56,244 nucleotides of DNA from Octopus bimaculoides (Eukaryota): positions 1,201,050-1,257,293 of the forward strand of contig NC_068996.1 in assembly GCF_001194135.2 (NCBI RefSeq). The letters are read 5' to 3'. Position numbers and translations under genes: made by a program. Of the stretch, positions 25,141 to 37,258 are shown one piece after another. Within the stretch, counting starts at the first letter, position 1. Each line of letters opens with the position of its first letter. The notes below the pieces were generated by a model. That model did no database searches. It worked only from the letters and a program-made list of their open reading frames with translations, and had not been told where the DNA came from.

Positions 25141-27206
25141 TTATCAATCAGTTTCATTTCTGTATTTCTTGTCCATAGAGAAAGAGCCGGACTCTAACAT
25201 AGATTCAAGGCTCCTTCATTGGAACTTTTATCAACATCATCTAGGTATTTGTGCATGTGTGTGTGTGTGTGTGCAGTATTTGGTGTTAGTGTATGCACAG
25301 ATTTGTATGTTTGTTTTATGGATGCGTTTTTATGTCTAGATGCATGCATATGTATTTATGTGCTAAATTTTTGGAAAGTTTTACATATCTTAACAGTTCC
25401 ATTNNNNNNNNNNNNNNNNNNNNNNNNNNNNNNNNNNNNNNNNNNNNNNNNNNNNNNNNNNNNNNNNNNNNNNNNNNNNNNNNNNNNNNNNNNNNNNNNN
25501 NNNNNNNNNNNNNNNNNNNNNNNNNNNNNNNNNNNNNNNNNNNNNNNNNNNNNNNNNNNNNNNNNNNNNNNNNNNNNNNNNNNNNNNNNNNNNNNNNNNN
25601 NNNNNNNNNNNNNNNNNNNNNNNNNNNNNNNNNNNNNNNNNNNNNNNNNNNNNNNNNNNNNNNNNNNNNNNNNNNNNNNNNNNNNNNNNNNNNNNNNNNN
25701 NNNNNNNNNNNNNNNNNNNNNNNNNNNNNNNNNNNNNNNNNNNNNNNNNNNNNNNNNNNNNNNNNNNNNNNNNNNNNNNNNNNNNNNNNNNNNNNNNNNN
25801 NNNNNNNNNNNNNNNNNNNNNNNNNNNNNNNNNNNNNNNNNNNNNNNNNNNNNNNNNNNNNNNNNNNNNNNNNNNNNNNNNNNNNNNNNNNNNNNNNNNN
25901 NNNNNNNNNNNNNNNNNNNNNNNNNNNNNNNNNNNNNNNNNNNNNNNNNNNNNNNNNNNNNNNNNNNNNNNNNNNNNNNNNNNNNNNNNNNNNNNNNNNN
26001 NNNNNNNNNNNNNNNNNNNNNNNNNNNNNNNNNNNNNNNNNNNNNNNNNNNNNNNNNNNNNNNNNNNNNNNNNNNNNNNNNNNNNNNNNNNNNNNNNNNN
26101 NNNNNNNNNNNNNNNNNNNNNNNNNNNNNNNNNNNNNNNNNNNNNNNNNNNNNNNNNNNNNNNNNNNNNNNNNNNNNNNNNNNNNNNNNNNNNNNNNNNN
26201 NNNNNNNNNNNNNNNNNNNNNNNNNNNNNNNNNNNNNNNNNNNNNNNNNNNCGTGCTCGTTAGTATTTTTCGGGTCTTCACATCAAGGGCTCGGATTTCA
26301 TCGATCGTCCAGTCAAGTATCCCGAATGTCGGTATGAGTACTGGTACTGCAAACACATTGTGGGCTATTGCTTTATTGAACGCAGAGAGTTCCGAGGTCC
26401 ATATTTTCCTAACCCGATTTCTGTATTCCTTAGTAACACGTTCCTTGTTACAGGTACCTTCATATGATACGTTTTCATCTACTCCCAGGTATCTGTAGGA
26501 TTCCTCATCAGATATTGGAGAAACAGATAGGCCATTGATGGAGATGTTGTTAGGGTGGATTTTAGCCTTTCCTCGTTCCACAACCATATAGGAATATTTA
26601 TCTTGGCCAAACTCTAGTCCTACATCATCAGAAAATGTTGTGACCAGGTCGAGGCTTTTTTTCATTTCATCCATGTTCTTGGCATACAATTTCAAATCAT
26701 CGACAAAGAAGCAGTGCGTAATTTTGGTGTTTCGGTTTGCCTGCGTTCCAATTAGATACCCTTCAGACTTCTTCAGCATGTATGATAATGGGTTAACCGA
26801 CAGTATGAACAGCATCACAGAGAGGCTGTCTCCTTGGAATATCCCTCTGCGATATTGTATTTTTTTGCTGGTGATACATCCACTTACTGTATTTAACTTC
26901 ACGATGGTGGCCCAGGAAGATGTCAGGTTAGATATGGCATTAATCAAGTTCCCTGGGACTTTAGCAAGTCGGAGGGCTTCTAGCATCCACGAATGGGGGA
27001 CAGAGTCGAAGGCTTTTTTATAGTCAAGCTACATGGAGACCAGATTTCTTCTGTGCTGCCGTACCTCCGTCATTACTACCTTATTTATAAGTAGCCGTTC
27101 AGTACATCCCCAGACTCCTTTCTTCCCAGCTGCTTGTTCAGCTGTGATTATACTATTGTTTTCACAGTGGTCCCGGAGGAATCTGTTTAGGCATGTTGTA
27201 TAAATC
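25141..27206 (-). mobile_element. 5'-truncated young R4/Dong-clade LINE with RT domain, gap-interrupted, 3' UTR retained
   Basis: AEQAAGKKGVWGCTERLLINK...[16 protein letters not shown]...RRGIFQGDSLSVMLF...HCFFVDDLKLY...YRYLG; a single in-frame TAG at 27029-31; C-terminal GTVKICKTFQKF* after the gap; (TACA)n on both flanks. Confidence 0.92.
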
Positions 27207-27549
27207 TATGTATGTATGTATGTATGTATGTATGTATGTATGTATGTATGTATATATATATGTGTGTGTGTGTATACATATATATATATATATATATTAT
27301 TTATACAGATGTTTATGCCTATCAATATCTACACATATAACTCGTACTCATATGCATATGGATACGTGCACACCCACATATCCGTGTATCTGTATGTCTT
27401 ATCGCCCCTGTACACGCATGTATATTTACCTTGTATACATACATTCACACATGCACACGTACATACATACGCGCATACGAACACACATACATATACACGC
27501 AAATATGCATGGATGTACGCACACACGAATATAATTAGATGGTTGTGAA

Positions 27550-28440
27550 ATTCGGCTATGAGGATGAGTGAGGGGTTAGATAGGGGTTAGAATTTAAAAT
27601 ATAGATTTATAAGGCGATAGGGATTACCTAAGGGGTATTGTGGAAATTTTGGTATGGTCATTTTAGCATTTGGATTTGGGTAGAATTTGAATGTGTGAAA
27701 AAAGCGGTGATTACATGTTTAGTGCCTCATTATGTTTATTTAGCAGAGCTGGAGAGTTGTGCTTTAATATGTGAAGTGCCTCCTTCAGGCAAGGTTTGCA
27801 GGTTGAGCGTTGACCTCGGTAGGGAAGCCCTGAGTCCAGTATGGAACATGATAAAGTATGTGATATATTTGCATTTTTGAGAGGATGTATGTGGCTGGCG
27901 AGTGTTGTAGATTTACTATGTTTATCGTATCTAAAAGAATGGAGGTGAACGGCATATCGTTGCTTTAAAGTTTTGGTTGATCCTATGAATATGGCTGTAG
28001 AGTTATGTAATAGATTAAGGAGATTGCATTTGTAAATTACATTATATCTTTTGCAATAGGTTTTTAATGGGCAGGTGGCTCCAGGACGGCAATTACAATT
28101 AGGTAAGTTTTGGGGACTGTGCTCAGTAATAGAGGTATTATCGTCAGAGGAAAGGTTGTAGAAGTGCCTAGAAGATTCTATATTATTAGTATTATTAACA
28201 TTGCTATTATTATTATTGTTATTAATTGCACTATTTGTAGGGGTAGTAGAGATTGTATTGGTGTTCTGGGCAGTGTCAGTATGATGGGTTGGGTTGTGGT
28301 TGTGGTCTAATATAAGGGTAACTGTGCTGGATCTGTGTTGAGTGTTCGTATGACAAGAGTTGTAGTGATGTGAGAATTGATAGTAAAGTGATAGCTTTTG
28401 CTTATTAGAGGCTGCTACAATAGATTCGAAGTTGGGTGAG
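27550..28440 (-). mobile_element. Penelope-like element 3' part encoding a GIY-YIG endonuclease
   Basis: NCNCRPGATCPLKTYC...VIYKC...IFIGSTKTLKQRYAVH...KSTTLASHI...SIL...CKPCLKEALHIL...LLNK follows the pattern of Neptune-type Penelope endonucleases as I recall it; the RT is not visible. Confidence 0.85.
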
Positions 28441-29322
28441 GTAGAATAATATATATATATATATATANNNNNNNNNNNNNNNNNNNNNNNNNNNNNNNNN
28501 NNNNNNNNNNNNNNNNNNNNNNNNNNNNNNNNNNNNNNNNNNNNNNNNNNNNNNNNNNNNNNNNNNNNNNNNNNNNNNNNNNNNNNNNNNNNNNNNNNNN
28601 NNNNNNNNNNNNNNNNNNNNNNNNNNNNNNNNNNNNNNNNNNNNNNNNNNNNNNNNNNNNNNNNNNNNNNNNNNNNNNNNNNNNNNNNNNNNNNNNNNNN
28701 NNNNNNNNNNNNNNNNNNNTATATATATATATATATATGTACTGTGTATACACACATCCATGTATACATGGGTATTTATGCATAGCTTTGTGTGAAGTAA
28801 ATATATCAATATTTATTTCTATATGGCATAAATAACTAGATTATTATCTCCATATCCCAGGTCTTTCAGCACAATCATATACAAGTTGTAACACACAAGT
28901 TGTAATACGACTGAATTGTTTCACGCACAATTTTTTTTTATTACAGTAAGTTTTATTAATTGCTATTTCAAAATTATAAGTTGAAAATAAATGTTTTTAG
29001 TTCCTCGAAGCATCGTTAATGATCAGATGTATGCAATTATGTATGTCAGTATGTATGTATGTATGTTATGTATGTATGTATGTATGCATACGTGTATGTA
29101 CGTATGCATGCATGCATGCATGCATGCATGTATGCATGTATGTATGTATGTATGTATGTATGCATGCATGCATGCATGTATGTATGCATGTATGTATGTA
29201 TCTCTCTCCCCTCTCTCTCTCAATATATATATATATATGTATGTATATGTATAAATATGTATATATATATATATATATATATNNNNNNNNNNNNNNNNNN
29301 NNNNNNNNNNNNNNNNNNNNNN

Positions 29323-30725
29323 GCTCGGCTTAAGTCGTTTCGATTTGAGACGTTCTCGATTATACATCGGTTTTTAAAAATAATATATGGAAAATGTTAA
29401 TGTTAATTGTAATGTTAAACACACATCATAAAGTAGTGTAGCTTAGTGAACGTAATCATGAAATCAGCTGTGTTGTCTTATTCATCGGTCTTTCGGAGCT
29501 CATATTGCACTGTAGTTCTAATATCTACCGTTAGACGTCGTTGTCACTCGTGATTCCCGCGATTGTTTGAATTCAGATTTGTTTACGTCTGTTTATCGGC
29601 TACTTTCTGATTGTCATGCACTTGTGACTTTATATTTTGCTCTCATGGCTCCTAAGAATATTCATAGTGAAAGTGCTAAGTGTCATGCTACAATGCTGGA
29701 AGATTGAATGCTGGAACTGGCTATGATAAAACGCAATGAAAAAGGTGAAAAAGTGGTAGTAATTGCACGATCTTTTGGGATGAGTCGGACAACTGTATCG
29801 ACGATTGTACATAATAAGGATAAGATTTTAGCACAAATCAAATCTGAAGCTCCAGGGATGAAGAACATTGTCATCAATAAGAAAAGAGGCAAAATCTTTG
29901 AAGAAATGGAAAGTCTTCTTTCTCTTTGGATTGTTAAGTTGAATCGTCAGCGTGCTACTATTAGTCAAGAAATCATTCAAGAGAAAGTGTTGTCTTTGTT
30001 TGAGGACCTGAAGAAAAAACATCCAGATGAGAAAGATGTAGAGTTCAAGGCAAATCAAGGATGATTTATCAGATTTAAGGAGCGAAGAAGTTATCACTCC
30101 ATTAAGAGGCAAGGCGAAAGAGTATCAGCTGAAGAATAGGCAGCAGTGGGATTTTTAAATGTGTTAAAGAAAATCATCGGAAAAAAAAAAACGGGTTTCT
30201 TCCCGAACAGTTTTTTAACGTCGACGAAATCGGATTGTATTGGAAAAAAATGCCAGACCGTTCATTCATTTCCAAGAAGGAGAAAACTGTTCCATTATGT
30301 TGGGAGGTAACTGTGCAGGAGATTTTAAATTAAAGCCATTGCTTGTGTATTATGCACACCAACCCTGTGCCCTGTAGAACATACCCAAGGCATCTCTCCC
30401 TGCTATGTGGATGGCTAATTCAATAGCATGGATTACAGTTGCTGTTTCTGAAGAGTTGTTCATTTTACAGAAGTACTGTAAGGAGAAAGGGATTCTCTTT
30501 AAACCACCAAATTGAGTGTATATATTGGTAAACACAAAGTAATTTTGGTTTTAGTAATATTGCAAAATAATAGTAATTACTGAATTTGTTTTTAAGCTTA
30601 AAAAAGGTTTTTAGCTTACCATGTCTTATTGTAAACTTCATTCATAAATAAAGCGTCTGCGATGTACGATAAACAACGTCAAATTGTATTCGTAAATTTA
30701 GATTACTTTTATTTACCGTACTGTA
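29323..30725 (+). mobile_element. Tigger/pogo DNA transposon relic
   Basis: ORF 29708-30064 has CENP-B-type HTH domains (IARSFGMSRTTVSTI...EEMESLLSLWI...ISQEIIQEK...FKANQG*FIRFK); it continues with FNVDEIGLYWKKMP and GNCAGDFKLKPLL across stops and frameshifts; the right end is ...actgta. Confidence 0.88.
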
Positions 30726-30906
30726 TTTAAAAAAATATTTGTTCGTAAGCTTAAAATAAGTTTTTATTAAGCATGTATTATTGAAGATGCATTCATAAAT
30801 AAAGTTCAGAACTGGGAATGTTTATTATCTGTTTAGCCGAGAGACAAGTTAATTAGACTTATATCTTGAGCGCTAGGTCCAATTAACGATGTAGAGTGAG
30901 GTATAC

Positions 30907-30941
<35 letters not shown>

Positions 30942-31481
30942 CACACACACACACACACACGCACACACGCACACACACACACACACGCACACACACACGC
31001 ACGCACACACACACATATATATATATATACATATACATATACATATACATAAATATACGTGTCTGTGTGTATATGTATAAAGACTTTATCCTATTCTTGA
31101 ATATAACCAGAATATATTCAGTGCTGAATTTTATTCTGGAAAAACACATGTACCGAGATGCAATTCGAAAAGTCCGCCTCTTACATAGATATATAGGGAC
31201 AAAAAATTTTCCATGTACTATGCTGAATGTTGATTTTTTGTTTATTTTTATGTCTTGCCCATATGTGTACTGATGAGTAAAGGTTGCATAATACTGCAAT
31301 AATTACGAAATCATGATCTACCGTTTAGTCTGCTTTTATGGGGCTAGCTTTGAGAGTTGCATTCCCTCGCGTTCGGTAAATGTGTGTTTATTATGGTAGT
31401 TTGACTTTAGAGTACCTGTTAGCGTGAGGCATTTATGCATAGTAATATCCTTATATAAATAAATATATTACGTATATATAT

Positions 31482-31539
<58 letters not shown>

Positions 31540-31575
31540 CTAGCAGAGATACCCGTCCTTGCTCGGGATTAAAAT
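31540..31575 (-). mobile_element. Helitron 3' terminus (hairpin plus CTAG)
   Basis: Minus strand cccgagcaaggacggg hairpin followed by tatctctgCTAG|t, inserted in an (AT)n tract. Confidence 0.6.
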
Positions 31576-31589
31576 GTCATAGATTTGTA

Positions 31590-31885
31590 TTGTTTTACTT
31601 GTTTCATTCATGTGAATGTGGCCATGCTGGAGCACCACCATTAGTCGAAGAAATCAACCACAGGATTTATTCTTCGTGAGCCTAGTACTCATTTTGTCAG
31701 TGACTTTTACCAAACCGCTAAGTTACGGGAATGTAAACACACCAACATCAGTTGTCAAGCAATGGTGGGTTACAAACACAAGACACACGCACACATGCAC
31801 AAATATACACATATATACGACAGTCTTCTTTCAGATTCCGAGTACGAGACCCACTCACAAGGTTTTGGTTGTCCTGGGGCTATAA
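31590..31885 (-). mobile_element. tRNA-SINE family A, partial copy
   Basis: ggccatgctggagcaccacc...ggttgtcaagc...cttctttcagattccg...cactcacaaggttttgg. Confidence 0.8.
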
Positions 31886-31895
31886 TAAGCATGCA

Positions 31896-31929
<34 letters not shown>

Positions 31930-31931
31930 TA

Positions 31932-32753
31932 GTAGCTGATATACCCGGTAATTCCCTTGGTTCCGTTCTCATAATTGTTTCGCTAGTTCAATAACAACAA
32001 TACAAAGTATGTAGCTCTTAAAACAGTTTTTGTACATTTACAGAGAATACCGAACTGTCTTACAAAAGATCTTGTTTTTAGGAATTCCCAGTAAGTTATG
32101 AATACGCAAACTGTGAAGTCAGTTATTTAATACCATGAAATTAATTTCCCTATAGTAAGAATTCAAATAAAGTAGCCCCTAAAAGGGCTTTAATACGTTC
32201 CCAGAGTATACAGATTTTATGAGGAAATATTAAGTTATGTATGCTAAAATCGTGAAACATGTTACTAATAACAGGCTAATCAGATATGAGATGATAACAA
32301 TTCNNNNNNNNNNNNNNNNNNNNNNNNNNNNNNNNNNNNNNNNNNNNNNNNNNNNNNNNNNNNNNNNNNNNNNNNNNNNNNNNNNNNNNNNNNNNNNNNN
32401 NNNNNNNNNNNNNNNNNNNNNNNNNNNNNNNNNNNNNNNNNNNNNNNNNNNNNNNNNNNNNNNNNNNNNNNNNNNNNNNNNNNNNNNNNNNNNNNNNNNN
32501 NNNNNNNNNNNNNNNNNNNNNNNNNNNNNNNNNNNNNNNNNNNNNNNNNNNNNNNNNNNNNNNNNNNNNNNNNNNNNNNNNNNNNNNNNNNNNNNNNNNN
32601 NNNNNNNNNNNNNNNNNNNNNNNNNNNNNNNCTTAAAACCTCCCCAGACACATAAGCAATGTGCATGTGAAATTTAAGAAAAATCGGTCGAGCCGTTTTG
32701 GGGCAAAACGAGGACACACCGACACACACAGACATGTTCAGTTTTAATATGTA

Positions 32754-32756
<3 letters not shown>
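31932..32756 (-). mobile_element. Non-autonomous Helitron-like element spanning a gap
   Basis: Plus strand starts gtagctgatatacccgg (CTAC-type 3' end on minus) and ends aaatttaagaaaaatcggtcgagccgtttt...acacacagac...taatatgtaaga|t (TC 5' end on minus), the architecture of Lep1/HINE-like non-autonomous Helitrons. Confidence 0.55.
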
Positions 32757-32801
<45 letters not shown>

Positions 32802-32840
32802 ATGGAGTACGTGGAGCAAGAACACACACGAAAACGATAA

Positions 32841-32885
32841 GTCTCACTGAAGAGGTCACAGATGTGTGACGAAAGATTTCCGGAC
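32841..32885 (+). ncRNA. Minimal type I hammerhead-ribozyme-like motif
   Basis: CTGAAGA(32847-53)-G-GTCACA-gatg-TGTGAC-GAAA(32871-74)-gatt-TC-cggac; 6-bp perfect stem II; stem I only partly paired (gtc/gac). Confidence 0.55.
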
Positions 32886-34741
32886 AATGGACACGAGTTA
32901 AAATAATAAAAGAAGAACAGTAATAAACGAGTGAAGAGTCTTATAGATGAAATGTACGAAACAAAATCTGACACTCTAAGACCGAGAGCAAGCTGAGAAT
33001 ACAGCTGAATATACGGAAATTTCACCAAATCCACTTCAATTGACCGCAAAAATATGTTGCTTAAAGCTTGACATTTATAGAGAATGTTCAGCATGTTTAC
33101 TGCTGATAACATTCCTAATATTGAGTGTAACATAAAAAATTAAATGAGAAATTTACCAAGAACTCAAGTCTTGCGCTCAGCTGTACAAAGATTTGATGTG
33201 GCATTAAACACCCCAAAAATGTGTATAAGTTCTTCAAACTTCTAATTGTTTTTGGTAAACTATTAAACATAATATCTGTTCTTCATCTTTCCACTCAGTC
33301 ATTTCGTCACTAAAGATATATATATATATATATACATACATACATACATGCATGCATACATACATACATACATACATGCATATATATATACATACATACA
33401 TACATACATGCATACATACATACATACATACATACATACATACATACATACATACATACACGCATGCATACATACAATAGATAATTAGCATGAATATGGA
33501 GATTAATAAATATGCATATTTATTATTTCTCCGTATTAAAATGCTGAACAGCTATACAACATATTTGATTTAAATGCGTATGAGTGACGTTTCTGCTGCA
33601 TAGATATCTCTTCATTGTATTTGGGTCCAGTTGCTTTCGACTGGTTACTAATCTATGCAACTTCATTCAATTTCCATCCACTGAAGTGATTTGAAGTGAA
33701 CTAAATGTTTGTAGGTTTGACTGCTATGACCCTATGCTGACCCTAGATTTGAATTTCGAATCGAGAATATTAGAATTTTAATTAGGTCAAAGTATATTCT
33801 TTAAAACCACTATCTTTAGGTGGATTAGGAATTAGTGGGTTTCAGAAATTGCGTACAACTATTAGTCACTAATTCAAATATAATTAAATATATGAAATAT
33901 GTAGAACTAATTTGTGAGGTGAATTCGAATTTTGCTATGTATAAATCAAGTTTTAATCAACATGTAGTTTGGTCGTCCTATACGTGTTGCAAGAACTTTT
34001 AAAATATGTAATTTTACGTATGAGGAAACAGATTACTTCTCGATGTAGGCAATTACACTGACATCATGTAAATTCAAGGTCCTCCTTTTTATGTGGTACT
34101 TATTTGATTAAAGAACCTTGGAGTCTGCCAAAAAGATGCATATGCAGTTCGGGGAAAGAAAAATGTGTAGAAATATTTTGAAACTAAATTTATTCAGACT
34201 TCACAGGAGTAATGCAGGTTACCTTTTACATTTTTCGCCTTTTCTTTTGTGGGTGTTTCAAAGCCTTTGTCTTTTTTTAAATATGATTTTTGATAAAAGA
34301 TTAAATCAAATCCTTTACTTTAAAAATACAGAAATCTTTACTGCTAAGATTGGATAATGAGAGTGAAAAATACCGAAAAATCATTTCATGGTACTATTGG
34401 GAAACTGTGACAAAATTACAGACGTACAGTTGTTTAAGGAACGTAAAACTATTTTAATTTGAGAATGTTATTGAGCTTAGCGTCAATGGATGAATGAGTT
34501 TGGAACAGAATCTTCTGCATACCTAACAATTTTACAGATTCGTTCGAAACACCTGGTACCATGTGTGATGTGCAGAAGGTATACGCGAGAGAAGAATATG
34601 CAGTAAAGCTTATGGCGCATTCTTAAAAGTGCTAAGTGAAAAGTTTACATCCCAAAATCTTCATCAAAGAAACGAATTTTTTTAATAGTTTCAAGACATG
34701 GTGTGAGACTGAAGAGTTTGTGAGGACAATTGTACGCTCTG

Positions 34742-34775
34742 GTCTTTCTTTCTTTCTTTCTTTCGTTCTTTCTTA

Positions 34776-34858
<83 letters not shown>

Positions 34859-34859
34859 T

Positions 34860-34913
<54 letters not shown>

Positions 34914-34918
34914 TTCCT

Positions 34919-35010
<92 letters not shown>
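34742..35010. repeat. (CTTT)n microsatellite running into a gap
   Basis: Seen directly. Confidence 0.97.
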
Positions 35011-36579
35011 NNNNNNNNNNNNNNNNNNNNNNNNNNNNNNNNNNNNNNNNNNNNNNNNNNNNNNNNNNNNNNNNNNNNNNNNNNNNNNNNNNNNNNNNNN
35101 NNNNNNNNNNNNNNNNNNNNNNNNNNNNNNNNNNNNNNNNNNNNNNNNNNNNNNNNNNNNNNNNNNNNNNNNNNNNNNNNNNNNNNNNNNNNNNNNNNNN
35201 NNNNNNNNNNNNNNNNNNNNNNNNNNNNNNNNNNNNNNNNNNNNNNNNNNNNNNNNNNNNNNNNNNNNNNNNNNNNNNNNNNNNNNNNNNNNNNNNNNNN
35301 NNNNNNNNNNNNNNNNNNNNNNNNNNNNATATATATGGGTTCAAGTCCCATGCAGCTTATATGAACTTACTCTTTCATGTTATATTATTCCTTCAGAAAT
35401 CGCCACAACATTCGCAGCCAATGCGTGAAGCCAATATTCCATATGATTGAGAATATCTATACATATATAAATCCTAAACACATTTTCAGTGAAATCTTTC
35501 ACAGGTAAAATACTGGAACAATAGCATATGTGAACAGATTAAATGCTCTACAACTCTGACCTGTAAAGTTGTCTTCTGTTATAAGAATATAAAATTTTAG
35601 AGTCTAAAATACTAATTAAAGTTTGAGACAAGCAATGGAAATGTTATTGTAGAAAGTGGGATTAAATCATTCGAAAGATCCTAGGATTCAGTGATGTGAT
35701 TGTACTAATAATTGATTGTGATATAAAAAAAAAAACAACAGCAGCTTTGTACGAGAACTCAATGTTATTGACCAGAGCATTTGAATGGTACTTCATTTAT
35801 TTTACTCCGAAAGAAAAGGGAAAAGTTAATCGCGACGGGATTTAGATACAGATTGTAAAGAGTTTTAAGAAAAAAAAGTTTTTTCCCATCATACTAAAGA
35901 TTCTGCCATTTCACTGGCCTTCAAGCAATACTAATACTAAAATAAAATTTGCATAGTTTTTTTTATCTAAGTACCTTTAGATCTAAGTATACCATGGAGA
36001 CGAATTAATAGATGCTATTGACAAAAATGTGGTAGAACTGAATTCAAAGATAGTTTTCAGCGATGTGATGGTACTATTAACAATAAATAATAGTAAACTT
36101 AACCCTTAAAAGCAGTTAGAATAACTCATTGAAGGAAAATAAACAGATTTAATCTCTTACATTATGACGCGTAAATCAAACATTATTCTTTTAGTGGCGC
36201 GACAGTGCTAATAATAAGCTAATAAAAGTTTGATAAGTTTTATCAATGATAAGATGAGAGTATTTGTACAAGTATTTACCAATGATAAATGATAAAAAAC
36301 TATTTTAAAACCAATAACTAAAGGAGAAATAAAAATATTTTTGAGTGAAACTAAGGAAATTTTGGTATTCATATACATGCACACAGATACACACGGAATT
36401 TTCACTTTATTATCGACGAATAGAATTTCACAATAATTTGATTTCTTTTTTTCATATAAAGTCTAATTGCAAAAAGAGAGAGGACTTGATGTCTAGAACT
36501 CAATACGAATATAGTATGCACAGAAAAACATGCTATAATATAATATCTGGTTTCAAATTTTAACATAAAGACAGCAATA

Positions 36580-36753
36580 TCGGGGAAAGGGTAAGTCGAT
36601 TACATCGACCCAGTGCGCAACTGTTACTTATATTATAGACTCCGAAAGGATGAAATACAAAGTCGACGCTCTTGGTATTTGAACTCAGAACATAATGATA
36701 TACGAATGGCCACTAATCATTTAACCCGGCATGATAGCGATACCACCTACTCG
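36580..36753 (-). mobile_element. tRNA-SINE family C (possibly Meta-domain-like), degenerate
   Basis: Minus strand gttctgagttcaaatacc (B-box-like)...cgactttgtatttcatcctttcggagtc...tggg tcgatgtaatcgac. The Meta-SINE assignment is from memory only. Confidence 0.6.
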
Positions 36754-36850
36754 CATAATTGCAAATTAATCACGATTAACTACAAATTGTTGTATCGCTT
36801 AAGAAGTTACTATAAATAAATAGCAGAATATATTTTCAAATTAAAATACA

Positions 36851-37042
36851 CTTTTACTCTTTTACTTGTTTCGGTCATTTTGACTGCGGCCATGCTGGAG
36901 CACCGCCTTTAGTGGAGCAAATCGAACCCAGGACTTATTCTTTGTAAGCCTAGTATTTATTTTATCGGTCTCATTTGCCGAACCGCTAAGTTACGGGGGA
37001 CATAAACACACCACCATCGGTTGTCAAGCGATGTTGGGGGGA

Positions 37043-37084
<42 letters not shown>

Positions 37085-37258
37085 TATATATACATATATA
37101 CGACAGGCTTCTTTCAGTTTCCGCCTACCAAATCCACTCACAAGGCTTTGGTCGGCTCGAGGATATAGCAGAAGACACTTGCCCAAGGTGCTACGCAGTG
37201 GGAATGGACCCGGAACCATGTGGTTGGTAAATAAGCTACTTACCACACAGCCACTCCT
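36851..37258 (-). mobile_element. tRNA-SINE family A, full-length young copy (CORE-like central part)
   Basis: Head aggagtggctgtgtggtaag (A-box), ggttccgggtccattccc (B-box), ccttgggcaagt motif, internal (AC)n(AT)n tract and (GTAAAAGA)n tail. Confidence 0.9.

Noticed and set aside
25316-26986. 556-aa ORF as one intact protein
   Set aside because: It spans an 848-N gap; the true C-terminus (GTVKICKTFQKF) lies in a different frame from the ORF track, and the RT begins upstream of the called Met.
37175-37258. tRNA gene
   Set aside because: A- and B-box-like motifs belong to a SINE head; no complete cloverleaf.
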